Shown here: one piece after another, positions 29,248-41,940 of the stretch | Numbering within the stretch: position 1 is the stretch's first letter | How the letters are laid out: each line of letters opens with the position of its first letter | From: Alphaproteobacteria bacterium | GTDB lineage: Bacteria > Pseudomonadota > Alphaproteobacteria > UBA828 | Reading direction: 5' to 3' | Length of the DNA stretch: 64,000 bases | Assembly (NCBI GenBank): GCA_963422645.2 | Contig: CAXXVO010000007.1 | Span: 512,001-576,000, forward strand | Position numbers and translations under genes: made by a program | The notes under the pieces: generated by a model | The model's input: the letters and a program-made list of their open reading frames with translations, nothing else | Database searches by the model: none | Told to the model about the DNA's origin: nothing

Positions 29248-31325
29248 CGCCGCTCGGCGCGCTACGCGCACCCTACCTGCCGCCCTTCAGCTGGTCGCGC
29301 CAGCGCGGCACGATCATCGCCATCGCCGTGTTCGCCGCCACGATGATCGCGCTGCAGCTCATCACCGGCCAGGGCATCGCCTATTTCGACATCAGTAGCA
29401 TCAGCGCGAGCGCCGCGACCCTCGCGCTCGCCGCCCTGGGCGAGACCATCGTCATCCTCGCCGGCGGGCTCGACCTCTCGGCCGGCGCCGTCATCTCGCT
29501 GGTTAACGTGGTTCTGGTCACCCAGCTCAGCGGCGCCGCCGATATGGGAACCGGCCTCTTCACCCTGGTTGCCCTCGTCATCGCGCTTGGCCTGGGTGCC
29601 GCCATCGGCGCGGTCAACGGCTTCCTCGTCGCCTACGTCCGCCTGCAGTCGATCGTGGTGACGCTCGCCACCATGTTCATCGCCCAGGGCGCGGCCCTGC
29701 TCGTGCTCAAGTTCCCCGGCGGCGAGATGCCGTGGGACTTCAGCCTGGTCTTCACCGGCGACGTCATCACCGAGGGGCTGCCGGCCCCGGTCGTCGTCCT
29801 TGCGGTCGCCATCCTGTTCTGGCTCATGCTCAAGAACACGCGGATCGGCACCGGCATCTACGCCATCGGCAGCGATGCGGGATCGGCCGAGGCCAACGGG
29901 GTCGACGTCCGCCGCACCCGCTTCCTCACCTTCACCTTCGCCGGCATGTGCTACGGCGCCGCCGGGCTCTTCATCACCGCCAACATGGGCGGCGGCGACC
30001 CGCTGATCGGCGCCAAGATGCTGCTGCAGATCTTCGCCGCCGTGGTAATCGGCGGCACGCTCATCGGCGGCGGCCGGGGCGGCGCCGTCGGCACGATCTT
30101 CGGCGCGTTGACGCTCACCGTCGTGGTCAACATCTTCCTCGTGCTCGGCGTGCGCACCTATTACACGCCGATCGTCGAGGGCGTGATCCTGCTCATTGCC
30201 GTGCTCGGCTTCTCCCTCGGCCGCGATTCGCCGGTGGTGGAGATCACGCGCTTCTGGCGAGCGACGCTGCGCGCGCTCAAGGAGTCATCGCTCCCCTCCA
30301 GGCTGCGGGTCGTGGGCGAGCCGATCCGCCTGAGTGGGTTGGACCCGCCGGCGGGTGGCGCCGGCGCGGCAACCGTCCCCTGGCTTGACCGGCACCGGGC
30401 GGTGCTGCGCTTCGCCGTGCCGGCCTACCTCATCTACCTCGTCATCCTGGGAATCACGATCGGCATCTTCGGCGGCGACTTCTCGCCGCTGGCCTACCTC
30501 AACGCCATGCTGATCCTGACCGCCTTCCTTGCGATCCTCGGCCTCGGCCAGGGCACGGTCATCATCACCGGCGGGCTCGACCTCTCGGTGCCATGGACCA
30601 TGACCTTCCCGGCGATCGTGGTCACCACGCTCTGCAACGGCGTCGATGCGCCGGCAGCGTGGGTGATCCCGGCGGCGCTCGGGATCGGGATCGCCATCGG
30701 CTTCCTTAACGGTATGACCATCGTCCTCTTCGGGCTCTCGCCGATCATCGTGACGCTGGCCATGAACGGGATCCTGGAGGGCGTGTCGCTGCTCTTCAGC
30801 TCGGGCGCACCCATCGGCAAGGCGCCGCCCTCGCTGGCCTGGTTCGTGACCGGGCGCATCGGCGGCATCGCGCCGATCGGCTGGTTCCTGATCGCCTTCG
30901 TCGTCGTCGCGACGCTTTACCTGAACAGGAGCGCGCCGGGACGGCGCATCTTCGCGGTCGGCAACAGCCAGCGCGTCAGCCGCCTCTCGGGCGTGCGGAT
31001 CGGCTTCCCCATCGTCGGCGCCTACGTGCTGAGCGGCTTCTGCTCGGCGTTGGTGGGCGTCTTCCTCGCAGGCTTCAGCGCCCAGGCGTTCTACGGCATG
31101 GGCGACCCCTACCTGCTCTCGTCCATCGCCGTGGTGGTGCTCGGCGGCACCCTCATCACCGGCGGCCGCGGTCACTATCTCGGCATCCTGGGCGGCGCAA
31201 TCCTCTTCACCGGCCTCGGCATCATGCTCTCCGGCACGGTCCTGCCCGAGGCCGTGCGCAACATCATCTACGGCCTCGTCGTCCTCGGCGCAATCGTCGC
31301 ACTCCGAGAGCGCACAAATGCATGA
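29244..31325 (+). CDS. Fused double-domain sugar ABC permease
   Basis: Two GGLDLS-containing permease domains in 693 aa. Confidence 0.9.
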   Translation: MTPLGALRAPYLPPFSWSRQRGTIIAIAVFAATMIALQLITGQGIAYFDISSISASAATLALAALGETIVILAGGLDLSAGAVISLVNVVLVTQLSGAADMGTGLFTLVALVIALGLGAAIGAVNGFLVAYVRLQSIVVTLATMFIAQGAALLVLKFPGGEMPWDFSLVFTGDVITEGLPAPVVVLAVAILFWLMLKNTRIGTGIYAIGSDAGSAEANGVDVRRTRFLTFTFAGMCYGAAGLFITANMGGGDPLIGAKMLLQIFAAVVIGGTLIGGGRGGAVGTIFGALTLTVVVNIFLVLGVRTYYTPIVEGVILLIAVLGFSLGRDSPVVEITRFWRATLRALKESSLPSRLRVVGEPIRLSGLDPPAGGAGAATVPWLDRHRAVLRFAVPAYLIYLVILGITIGIFGGDFSPLAYLNAMLILTAFLAILGLGQGTVIITGGLDLSVPWTMTFPAIVVTTLCNGVDAPAAWVIPAALGIGIAIGFLNGMTIVLFGLSPIIVTLAMNGILEGVSLLFSSGAPIGKAPPSLAWFVTGRIGGIAPIGWFLIAFVVVATLYLNRSAPGRRIFAVGNSQRVSRLSGVRIGFPIVGAYVLSGFCSALVGVFLAGFSAQAFYGMGDPYLLSSIAVVVLGGTLITGGRGHYLGILGGAILFTGLGIMLSGTVLPEAVRNIIYGLVVLGAIVALRERTNA

Positions 31326-31397
31326 CGCGCTCCGAGAGCGCGCGAGCGCCTGACGCTCCTCCGTCCGGTTCCCGCAGGCACCGAGGCTATGGCGCAG

Positions 31398-32456
31398 TCA
31401 GTGGGTGAAGCGCGTTTCGGTGTCTCCGGTGCCGAACTTGCGGCTCGCCTCGTCGCTCCATTCCTGACCGGACGCCTGGCTTGCGAATTTCTCTGACATG
31501 TAATCGCCGGCGGAGATCGGCGGGTACTTCACCGGCTGATCGGGCCCGTGGCAGGTCGGCAGACACTCGATCACCGCATCGTGGTTGGGCTCGACGAAGT
31601 GGCAAAACGAGAGGCGCCCGTTATCGGCGCCGGGCGGGTTGAGGACACGGTGCCGCGTTGAGCGCCACCGGTCGTTTGTCCAGCGCATCAGGAAGTCGCC
31701 GATGTTGACCACGAATGACCCGGCGATGGCCGGCACGTCCACCCAGGCACCGTCCGGGCCGCGCGCCTGCAGGCCGGCAGGCTTCTCCTCGATCAGGCAG
31801 ATCGTGAGGTTGTCGTAGTCCGAATGCTCGCCTGCACGAAGCTGACCCGCCTCGGGCGCCGCGCGCTGCTCTGGGTAATTCAGCACGCGCAGGATGCTGA
31901 ATCCCCGTTGGAGGCTGTCATCGAAATGGTCTTCGGGCAGATCGAAGGCGATCGCCGCGAGTCGGTGCAGGTGGTGACCCAGCTCTTCAAGGGCTTGGAA
32001 ATACGCCTCGATCGTCGGGCGGAGCCTCGCTGGGTGCTCCGGCCAGCTATTGGCGGCATAGAGAGGTGCCGCGGCCTCGGTGCGGCAGGACGGATGGTCC
32101 GGCATCCGTAGCGGCCCGAACGAGATCGATTCCTTCAGATCTGGCGGCGTCTCCACACCGATCGTCGCAGAAAGCTGCTCTGTGCCGAGCGGCTCGTAGC
32201 CGCGCACGGCCATGTCGTCCTGCGCTCGCCTGATGGCCAGCTTCTCCTCCAGCGGCAGATCGAAGAACGCCCGCGATAAGCTGCGCGCCTGCTCGCAGAG
32301 CGCCGGGTCCACCCCGTGGCCCGAGACCATGAAGAAGCCGATCCGCTCGCAGGCACGGCTGATCTCGTCCGCAACCCGCTTCTTGTCGGCGTGGCCGCCG
32401 GCGAAATAGGGGCCGAGGTCGATGAGCGGAATCTCAGAGAGAGATCTGGTCGACAT
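31398..32456 (-). CDS. Isopenicillin N synthase-family 2OG-Fe(II) oxygenase
   Basis: IPLIDL, GFFMVSGHGV, HSDY, HRV, RLS. Confidence 0.9.
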   Translation of the reverse strand: MSTRSLSEIPLIDLGPYFAGGHADKKRVADEISRACERIGFFMVSGHGVDPALCEQARSLSRAFFDLPLEEKLAIRRAQDDMAVRGYEPLGTEQLSATIGVETPPDLKESISFGPLRMPDHPSCRTEAAAPLYAANSWPEHPARLRPTIEAYFQALEELGHHLHRLAAIAFDLPEDHFDDSLQRGFSILRVLNYPEQRAAPEAGQLRAGEHSDYDNLTICLIEEKPAGLQARGPDGAWVDVPAIAGSFVVNIGDFLMRWTNDRWRSTRHRVLNPPGADNGRLSFCHFVEPNHDAVIECLPTCHGPDQPVKYPPISAGDYMSEKFASQASGQEWSDEASRKFGTGDTETRFTH

Positions 32457-32546
32457 GGAAGCTCCTTTCTCTGCGCTTCGGGCTTTCCGCCGTCATCCCC
32501 GGCGCCTCGTGGCCTCGGGCCGGCGGCGCGGCTCGCGTCCTCCCGA

Positions 32547-33461
32547 CTATTCGGCGGCAGGCGCGCCCTGGGTCGTGCCGTTGAAGGGATGGCGGCGTTT
32601 GAAGTCCTCGGCCATCTCGCGCATCGTGACCATGCGCACGCCGGTATGCGCCAGCATGTGGTCGAAGATCCGCTCCAGCATCATCAGGACCTGCGGCTTG
32701 CCCGCGCAGTCGGGATGGATCACGCAGGTGTAGATCGCGTAGTCGTAGTGGCGGTAGATCCAGTCGAACTGGTCGCGCCAGATGTCCTCGACGTCGCGCG
32801 GGTTCACCCAGCCGTGGCTGTTGGGAAAGGTCTTCACGAACATCATGGGCGGCGCATCGTCGAGGTACCAGCTCGCCGGCAGCTCGACGAGATCGACCGC
32901 TTCGCCCGCGACCCAGGGCTTCATCCACGACGCGGCCTCCTGGGAATAGTCGATTTTGGTCCAGCTGTCGCCTGTGCGCAGATAGTGCGGCGTGTAATCG
33001 TCCTCCATGACGCTGCGGTCGTAGAGGAAGCCGCGCTCGAGCAGCAGGTCGATGGTGTTGGGGCTGAGCTCCCACCACGGCGCGACATAGCCCACGGGCC
33101 TGACGCCGCAGAGATCGGTCACCAGCTCGATGCATTTGTCGAGGACATCGGCCTCCTGCTGGCGGGACATGGCGAGCGGATTCTCATGGGTGTAGCCGTG
33201 CACGCCCAGCTCGTGGCCGTACTTCACGATCAATTCCGACTCTTTCGGGAAGCTCTCGATCGAGTGGCCGGTGATGTCCCACGTCGTCCTGATGCCGTAG
33301 CGGTCCATCATCTCCAGGATTCGCGGCACCCCCTGCCGCGCCGCAAAGACGCCGCGCGAGATGTCGCAGGGTGAATCGGCGCCGCCGAACGATCCGATCC
33401 AGAGCGAAACCGAATCGAAATGGGGATTGAAGCAAACCTGGATGTCTTTCTTCGTGGCCAT
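32547..33461 (-). CDS. Polysaccharide deacetylase (CE4) family, PuuE/HpPgdA-like hydrolase
   Basis: MATKKDIQVCFNPHFDSVS...HGYTHE; paralog of 25121..26047. Confidence 0.88.
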   Translation of the reverse strand: MATKKDIQVCFNPHFDSVSLWIGSFGGADSPCDISRGVFAARQGVPRILEMMDRYGIRTTWDITGHSIESFPKESELIVKYGHELGVHGYTHENPLAMSRQQEADVLDKCIELVTDLCGVRPVGYVAPWWELSPNTIDLLLERGFLYDRSVMEDDYTPHYLRTGDSWTKIDYSQEAASWMKPWVAGEAVDLVELPASWYLDDAPPMMFVKTFPNSHGWVNPRDVEDIWRDQFDWIYRHYDYAIYTCVIHPDCAGKPQVLMMLERIFDHMLAHTGVRMVTMREMAEDFKRRHPFNGTTQGAPAAE

Positions 33462-33547
33462 GATCTCGCCTCCCTCTGTCGCCGCAACGCGGCGGGTGTC
33501 GTCAGCCGGTGCCCCTGCCTCAAGCGTCCGCGCGCTCGCGGAGCGCG

Positions 33548-35679
33548 TTATGCATCTGCGCGCTCGCGGAGCGCGACGATGGCGCCGAGCAGCACGAGTC
33601 CGTAGATGATACTGCGCACGGCCTCCGGCAGCATCGTTCCCGTTAGCAGCGAGCCGAGCGCCGTGAACAGCAAGGCGCCGCCGAGGATGCCGACGAAGTG
33701 GCCGCGCCCGCCCGTAATGAGCGTGCCGCCGAGCACCACCACGGCAATCGACTGCAACAGGTATGGATCCCCCATCCCGAAGAACGCCTGCGCGCTGAAA
33801 CCCGAGAAGAGCACGCCCACCAGCGCGGAACAGAAGCCGCTCAGCATGTAGGCGCCGACGATGACGGAGCCTGTCCAGACGCCGGAGAGGCGCGCGACCG
33901 TGACGCTGTTGCCGACCGCGTAGAGCCGCCGCCCGAAGGCTGTCCGGTTGAGGAAGATCGTGGCTGCGATCGCGAAGGCGATCAGGAACCAGCCAATGGG
34001 CGCGATGCCGAGCAGCCGGCCCGAAACGAACCAGCGCAACACGGGCGGCGAGCCGCCGATCGGCGCACCGTCGCTGAAGATGAGCGAAATGCCTTCGAGC
34101 ATGCCCGCCATCGCCAACGTGACGATGATAGGTGACAGCCTGAACAGCACGATCATGAGGCCGTTCAGAAAGCCGATCGCAAGGCCGATCGCCAGCGCGA
34201 GCGGCACCGCCCAATAGGCCGGACCGTCCTCGCCGAAGCAGTAGGTGGTGACGACGATCGCGGGGAAGGTGATGGCCCAGGCGACCGAGAGGTCGAGCCC
34301 GCCGGAAATGATGACCGCGCCCTGCCCGAGACCCAGGATTGCGAGAAAGGCCGTGAACAGCAGGAGGACGTTGAGATAGTCGAGCGCCGACAGGTTCTCC
34401 CCGAAAATCACCACCGTGGCGATCACGATCACGGCGAACATGGCGTAAGTGGGCGTGATGTAGCGCAGCGTGGCCTGGTTGCGAGTGAACCAACCTGCAG
34501 CCGGGCGGGTCAGGTCGGAACCGCCGCGCGCGGCCGCCCGGCCCAGCAGATCCTGCAATAGCCCCTGGCCTCCCGCCGTCACGCTTGTTGCCGGGCCCGC
34601 CGCAAGGGCCCGCGTACTGAGCGCACGCCGCCAGCCGCGCACGGTTTCGACCACCGGCAGGTCCCTGCTCAGTGAAAGGCCGAGAACCGCGAGGATCAGG
34701 ATGGCACCCTCGGCGAGCGGCACGTACCAGGTGCGCATGCCGAGAAGGAGGAAGATCGTCAGGATGATCGTGAGCGTCAGTGCACCGAATATGGAGCCGA
34801 CGCAGCCGCCGCGCCCGCCACCGATCAGCGTCCCGCCGATGACCACCGCCGCAAAAATCTTGAGCAGAAACTTGGCGCCGATCAGCGGGTCGGCGGAGCC
34901 TATCTGGGCCGTCATGAACATGCCGGCGGCGCCGTAACAGACGCCGGCGATGGTGTAGGTCCAGAACTTCGTCATCCGCACGTCGGTGCCGCTCGCCAGC
35001 GCCGACTTCTCGTCGCTGCCGATGGCATAGATGCCTGTGCCCAGGCGCGAGTTGCGAAGCGCCAGCCACAACACGATGACGATCGCGAGCACGAGGATCG
35101 GAGCAGGCAACACCCCGGCGATGGCCTCGCCGGTGAAGAACATGCTGAATTCCCACGGCGCCTCGCCCCCTGCATGGGCCATCACCAGCAGGGCCGCGCC
35201 TTGCGCAATGAACATAGTGGCAAGCGTCACGACGATTGCCGACAGACCGAGAAAGGCTATGAGGAAGCCGTTGATCGCGCCGATCGCCCCGCCCACCGCG
35301 AGCGCGAGCGCGAGCGCCGCCCCGATGAACTCGGCGCCCGAGAGCGCGGCAACATCGGAAGAGAACTCGGAGCCGCCGCCGAGGAACTGAATGATCATGA
35401 CGTTGACGAGCGAGATCACCGCGCCTGCGGACAGGTCGAAGCCGCCGGCGAGGATGACGATGGTCTCGCCGACAGCGGCGAGCGCGAGCGTGGTGGCTCC
35501 GGTGACGATGGAGCTCACGTCGAAATAGCTGATCCCTTCGCCCTTGATGAGCTGCAGGATGATCAGCATCACCAGAAAAACGCCGACCGAAATCAGCAGG
35601 CCACGCTGACGGTTCCAACTCACCGCCGGCAAGCCGACGCGGAGCCACCGCGACGGCGGCGGCAGCAGCGATCGGTCGC

Positions 35680-35683
<4 letters not shown>
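33548..35683 (-). CDS. Fused double-domain sugar ABC permease
   Basis: Two permease domains in 711 aa; paralog of 29244..31325. Confidence 0.9.
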
Positions 35684-37215
<1,532 letters not shown>

Positions 37216-37306
37216 GGCAGCGCGTCAAGCCTGTTGGAGGCGTTCGTGCGAGACCCGCTTGCGCAGGTCCCGCACGGGACAGAGTGCCTCCCTGTCAGGC
37301 CGACTA

Positions 37307-38431
37307 CTACTGACCCTCCGGTACCTTGCCCTCGAGCGCCGAGAACAGATCGAGCTCGCTGACCCAGGGATGCCAGACATCGACGAAGTAGTTCGGCGGC
37401 ACCCCGAGATCCGGATGGTAGGTGTTGCAGTTACGCTCGAGCAGCTCCTCGCGCGTCCCCTCGGTGCACACAACCACCTGGCCCGGCTCGACCAGCGGCA
37501 TCGGCACCTGGGTGAAACGCGGAGGCTCCGCACCGCCGTCGGCGTAGGCCACGGCGATCTTGAGAGCGTATGCCCCCAGCCAGTTGGGCGAGCCCATGGA
37601 GCTGCTCTTCATGCCCAGCGCACCCGGCACTGTGCCGGGCTCGGCGATGGCAATGCGATGGCCGTTGGTGCCGTTGCCGGCGCAGGGCACGAGCTGGTCC
37701 GCCCGGCCTGCCTCGACCTGGATTTGCGAGAGCATGTAGCAGCCGACCTGGGTCCACAGCCCGTCGATGTTGTCCCAGCCGTGGGTGGCGACGATCTTGG
37801 TCAGCTCCTGCCTGGCGTGGGCGTTGTTCCAGTTGCTGTAGGCATGAACCAGGATTTCGATGTCGGGGTATTGGGAGAAGACCTCCATGGCGCCGTCGGT
37901 GCGGGCGTGATCGATGTAGTGCCCGGGGTAACCGCCCATGACTATGATGCTGCCCTCGCCGCCAAGCTCCTCGGCCAGATACTCCGCGGGTCCAGCGCCG
38001 GCCCAGGTCTGATCGAGGCCGATGTGGTAGGCGCAGGGCTCTGTCACCGATGCGTCGAAGGTCATTACGATGATGCCCCTCTGGCACGCCTGACGAATCG
38101 AGCGATTGAGCGCAGTGCGCGAGTTCGGCCACAGGATGATGATATCGGCATCGCCCTGAACCATGGCGTTGACCTGCTGGATTTGGGTCTGAATATCGGC
38201 CCGCGCAGATTGCATGTTGAGCTCCACTCGATCCTTGAAGGCCTTGGTCTTGGCCATGGAGCGGATGAGGTTCTGCGCCGCATCCATCCAGGTGTTGCCC
38301 TCGAATCCCACGCTCACGAAAACCTTGTACTTGTCGTCCTGAGCCGCCGCCGGCGACGGGCCGAAGATGCCGGTCACCGCCAGTGCCAGGGCAGCGATCG
38401 CTAGCACTGCGAGTCTCGCCCGTTTGATCAT
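37307..38431 (-). CDS. Sugar-type ABC substrate-binding protein
   Basis: Signal peptide; GFEGNTW. Confidence 0.87.
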   Translation of the reverse strand: MIKRARLAVLAIAALALAVTGIFGPSPAAAQDDKYKVFVSVGFEGNTWMDAAQNLIRSMAKTKAFKDRVELNMQSARADIQTQIQQVNAMVQGDADIIILWPNSRTALNRSIRQACQRGIIVMTFDASVTEPCAYHIGLDQTWAGAGPAEYLAEELGGEGSIIVMGGYPGHYIDHARTDGAMEVFSQYPDIEILVHAYSNWNNAHARQELTKIVATHGWDNIDGLWTQVGCYMLSQIQVEAGRADQLVPCAGNGTNGHRIAIAEPGTVPGALGMKSSSMGSPNWLGAYALKIAVAYADGGAEPPRFTQVPMPLVEPGQVVVCTEGTREELLERNCNTYHPDLGVPPNYFVDVWHPWVSELDLFSALEGKVPEGQ

Positions 38432-38500
38432 GATTCCCTCCCCTTGGTTATGAGCCTCTTGGCGGCTCTCTTGTCGTTGCTTGACGTATCGCCCGGCGCC

Positions 38501-39520
38501 TCAGGGCTGATCGGATGCCCGTTCGCCCGAGGCACCAATGGCGGTCATCATCAGGAACTTGTCGAGCAGGTTCTTGCCCGTGGTGACCGGCGGGTACTTG
38601 GCCGGATTGTCCGCGCTCTGGCAGGCCGGGAAGCACTCGATGACGGTGTCGTAGTTCGTATAGAAGAAGATCATCGACTGCCGGCGGCTGTCGTTCGCCA
38701 GATTCCGCGGCGGGTTGACGACCCGGTGCAGGGTGGAGACCCAGCGGTCGTTGGTCCACATCTGCATCTGGTCGCCGAGATTGATGCTAAAGGCGTTGGG
38801 CACGACAGGCACGTCCACCCATTCGCCGTCGCGGTTCATCGCCTGAAGACCGCCGGGCCTGTCCTCGATCGCGCAGATCGTGCAGGCGCCGAAGTCGGAA
38901 TGCGCGCTGGCGCGAAACTGGTCTTCCAGAGGCTGCTCCGGCTGATCCGGGTAGTTGAGGACCCGGAACTGGCTGACATGCTTGTCGACCCGAGTATCGA
39001 AATAGCCTTCGTCGAGATCGAGGGCGCTGGCGAAGATGCGCATCAGCGTGAAAGCGAGCTGCTCCATCGCGTCCCAATAGGCGAGCCACGTCTCCTTGAG
39101 CTCAGGAGGGCGCGCCGGCCAGCGGTTCTCGACGAAGTGCTGGCCGGCCTCGGCGCAGTGGTAGTAGGGCTCGTCCGGCACATCGGGCGGTCCGATGGTC
39201 AGCGATTCCTTGAGGTCTCCGGGGCCCCGCTCGCCGCGGCTCTCGGCCAGGCATTCCTTGAGGGCGGGGCTGTAGCCCCTGATGACGTCGTCCGCCCAGC
39301 GCTCGATCGTCATCTTCTCCGCCAACGGCAGATCGAAGAAGCGCCGGCTGACGTCGTGGGTCGCCCCGGTCAGCGCCGGGTCGATCCCGTGGCCGGTGAT
39401 GACGAAGAAACCGATATCCTCGCACGCCTGCTTGACCTCGGCCGCCACGCGCGCCTTGCCCTCGCGCTCGCCGCCGAGAAACGGCGAGACGTCGATAACG
39501 GGAACCTGGCGAAGGGTCAT
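38501..39520 (-). CDS. Isopenicillin N synthase-family 2OG-Fe(II) oxygenase
   Basis: VPVIDV, GFFVITGHGI, HSDF, LHRV, RQS. Confidence 0.9.
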   Translation of the reverse strand: MTLRQVPVIDVSPFLGGEREGKARVAAEVKQACEDIGFFVITGHGIDPALTGATHDVSRRFFDLPLAEKMTIERWADDVIRGYSPALKECLAESRGERGPGDLKESLTIGPPDVPDEPYYHCAEAGQHFVENRWPARPPELKETWLAYWDAMEQLAFTLMRIFASALDLDEGYFDTRVDKHVSQFRVLNYPDQPEQPLEDQFRASAHSDFGACTICAIEDRPGGLQAMNRDGEWVDVPVVPNAFSINLGDQMQMWTNDRWVSTLHRVVNPPRNLANDSRRQSMIFFYTNYDTVIECFPACQSADNPAKYPPVTTGKNLLDKFLMMTAIGASGERASDQP

Positions 39521-39609
39521 GCTTCAGCCCTCGTGTCCCGGTAGACGCAAAAGCTTGCCCGTTCGCGCGTTAACCCGTCAAGGCGCAATCGTGCCGTCGC
39601 GGTCTGCGC

Positions 39610-40470
39610 TCAGTCGGTATCGTTCTCGATTTGGGGGAGGGAGCGCACGTAGGCGAGGATCGCGCTGAGGTCCCGGCGGTCCATCGTGGCGTAGCGCTCG
39701 TAGGGCATCGGCGGACCAAGCTCATCGCCGTCGGGCCTTAGCCCCTTGGTGATAGCCGTGCGCATCTTGCGGCTGTTCCAGCGGCCGAGGCCAGTATCCC
39801 AGTCCGGCGTGATGTTGCGGGCCACGGTCTCGCCCCACGGCCCCTCCATCTCGTGGCCGCCGGCGCCGAGCATGTTCTCGTAGTCCCGCCAGCCGTCCGC
39901 GATCGGGGTATGGCAGTACGTGCAGTTGGCCATTGGGCCCGATAGATAGGCGCCGTAGGCGCCGAGATCGTAATAGGCGACCTCGGGCACCTCGCCGAGC
40001 GGCGGGCCGTAGTCGGCGGGCAAGTCGATGTCGTACTCGGAGGCCGGCACCTCGTTCCTGATCGGCGGGATGGAGCGCAGATAGGCGACGATGGCTTGCG
40101 CATCCCGATCCGAAATGCCGCGGTAGAGCCTAATTGGCATTGCGGGGCCGATGAGGGAGCCGTCCGGTCGCTTGCCCTCGCGGATCGCAACGATGATCTC
40201 CCCGTCGCTCCAGCCACCAATGCCAGTTTCGACATCGGGCGTGATGTTCGACGCGTAGGCCGTGTACTCGTCCTCCTCGAACATCAGGCCGCCAGCCATG
40301 TGCATATCGGCGAGCTGACCGTCCTCGTCCCACGGCGTGTGACAAACCGGGCAGGCGGCGACGCTCTTCATCAGATACGTCCCCCGCTCGAGAGGGGTCT
40401 CGGCGGCGCTCGTCCCGGCAAGCAGCAGCGCTGCCAGCATGACCGTAGCGGTCGCTGCAATCGTTCTCAT
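39610..40470 (-). CDS. Periplasmic dihaem cytochrome c
   Basis: Signal peptide; CPVCH and CTYCH; repeated NITPD..TG.G.W. Confidence 0.88.
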   Translation of the reverse strand: MRTIAATATVMLAALLLAGTSAAETPLERGTYLMKSVAACPVCHTPWDEDGQLADMHMAGGLMFEEDEYTAYASNITPDVETGIGGWSDGEIIVAIREGKRPDGSLIGPAMPIRLYRGISDRDAQAIVAYLRSIPPIRNEVPASEYDIDLPADYGPPLGEVPEVAYYDLGAYGAYLSGPMANCTYCHTPIADGWRDYENMLGAGGHEMEGPWGETVARNITPDWDTGLGRWNSRKMRTAITKGLRPDGDELGPPMPYERYATMDRRDLSAILAYVRSLPQIENDTD

Positions 40471-40761
40471 GGCGGCCTCCCACCGGCGGAGCCACCTCCC
40501 CGCTTCACAGGGAAGCGGCGCGCCCGAATACCGCAACGGTAGCACGGGAATCCGCCCGCGGCGTCCTCACTTCTGTGCCGGCACGACCTTGCCGGCGTCC
40601 GCGACCCGCCGGGCGGGAACATCGACGTCGCGGCACTTATTCCAGCTTCTCTTGCGCCAGTGCGGGCGCTATGCTCGCGCCATTCGGAACGATAGGGCCC
40701 GATCGTGCGGAAAACAAAAAGAGGGTAAGCCGGCACAGCGAGGCCACGCAGGAGGCGACCG

Positions 40762-41853
40762 ATGACCAAGCCAGTGCTGAACCTGACGGGCGATCCCGGG
40801 GATCGGGGCCGTGCCCACGGCGAGATCATGTCGAAGGAGATCGGCCAAAACCTCGAGCGCTATCTCAAGCGGTTCCAGATTCTGGGCTTCGAGAAGGATG
40901 CGCTGATGGCCGAATCCGCAAATTGGGCCGAGGCGTTGAGGCCGAAAGACCCGATCTTCTGGGACGAGATCGACGGCGTGGTCGAGGGCTCAGGGCGCAG
41001 CCTGGAGGAGATCACCCTTCTCAACGTGCGCTACGAAATGCTCGTCAACATGATGAAGAGCAATGCTCAGGCGCAGTTCCAGCCCACCGCCATGGACGCC
41101 TGCACCTCCTTCGCGGTGCTGCCCGAGCGCTCGAAGAATGGCGACACCATGATCGGGCAGAACTGGGATTGGGTGAAGGACATCAACACCGTGGTCTCGC
41201 GGGTGCATCGGGACGACGGGCCGGACTTCATCCATATCGGCGAGGTCGGCACCATCGGCGGCCTTCAGGGCGTCAACGAGAATGGCATCGGCGTGGTCAT
41301 AAATGCGCTGCTGACGCCGGAGGACGGCAAGTACGAATACGAGAAGCCCTACCGCATGCGCGTGCGCGACATCCTCAACGCCCGCAACATGCAGGAGGCG
41401 ATCCTCGGCGTGTGCGGCACCAACCGCTCGGTCAGCATGAACTTCCTCATCGCCCATGAGGACGGCATCGCAATCGACATCGAGACCAGCCCCGACAAGG
41501 AGGCCTTCATTTATCCCGAGGACGGGCTGCTCACCCACTCCAACCACTTCTGCGAACTGGATGTGGAATCGGAGGTGGTGAAGCTCTGGCCCAACACCAT
41601 GTACCGCCACGTGCGCCTGGAGCGGCTGCTGCGCCAGTCGCAGGAGCTGGAAGTCTCCACCATCAAGTCGGCGATGGCGGACCACTTCGCCTATCCGCAC
41701 TCGATCTGCGCACACTATGACGAGGACGAGGCGGAGACGCTGCGGCTGCAGAGCAACCATTCGATCATGATTTCGCTGAAGCAGCGGTCGCTCCACATTA
41801 CCGACACGCATCCCTGCGAGTCCGAGTACGAGGAGTATTCGCTCGCCGCCTGA
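40762..41853 (+). CDS. Peptidase C45 / acyl-CoA:6-APA acyltransferase-like Ntn hydrolase
   Basis: RGRAHG, LNVRYE, ACTS autoprocessing site, GQNWDW, HSNHF. Confidence 0.88.
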   Translation: MTKPVLNLTGDPGDRGRAHGEIMSKEIGQNLERYLKRFQILGFEKDALMAESANWAEALRPKDPIFWDEIDGVVEGSGRSLEEITLLNVRYEMLVNMMKSNAQAQFQPTAMDACTSFAVLPERSKNGDTMIGQNWDWVKDINTVVSRVHRDDGPDFIHIGEVGTIGGLQGVNENGIGVVINALLTPEDGKYEYEKPYRMRVRDILNARNMQEAILGVCGTNRSVSMNFLIAHEDGIAIDIETSPDKEAFIYPEDGLLTHSNHFCELDVESEVVKLWPNTMYRHVRLERLLRQSQELEVSTIKSAMADHFAYPHSICAHYDEDEAETLRLQSNHSIMISLKQRSLHITDTHPCESEYEEYSLAA

Positions 41854-41940
41854 TGGGCGGACTTGCGAGAGCGGTATCCAGTGGCCCGGCGGCGCACGGC
41901 GCGTCGCCGGGCCTCGCCGTTCAGGCCCCAGGAGGGCGCC

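Noticed and set aside
25121-35648. Very long ORFs in the track (856 aa at 25121..27691 and 1033 aa at 32547..35648) as fusion proteins
   Set aside because: The N-terminal parts are shadow frames of ABC genes in GC-rich DNA. The real deacetylases start at 26047 and 33461 behind good RBSs.
38501-41853. IPNS-like oxygenase plus acyl-CoA:6-APA acyltransferase-like gene suggesting penicillin biosynthesis
   Set aside because: No ACV synthetase or NRPS is present, both families are broad, and the context is importers and hydrolases.
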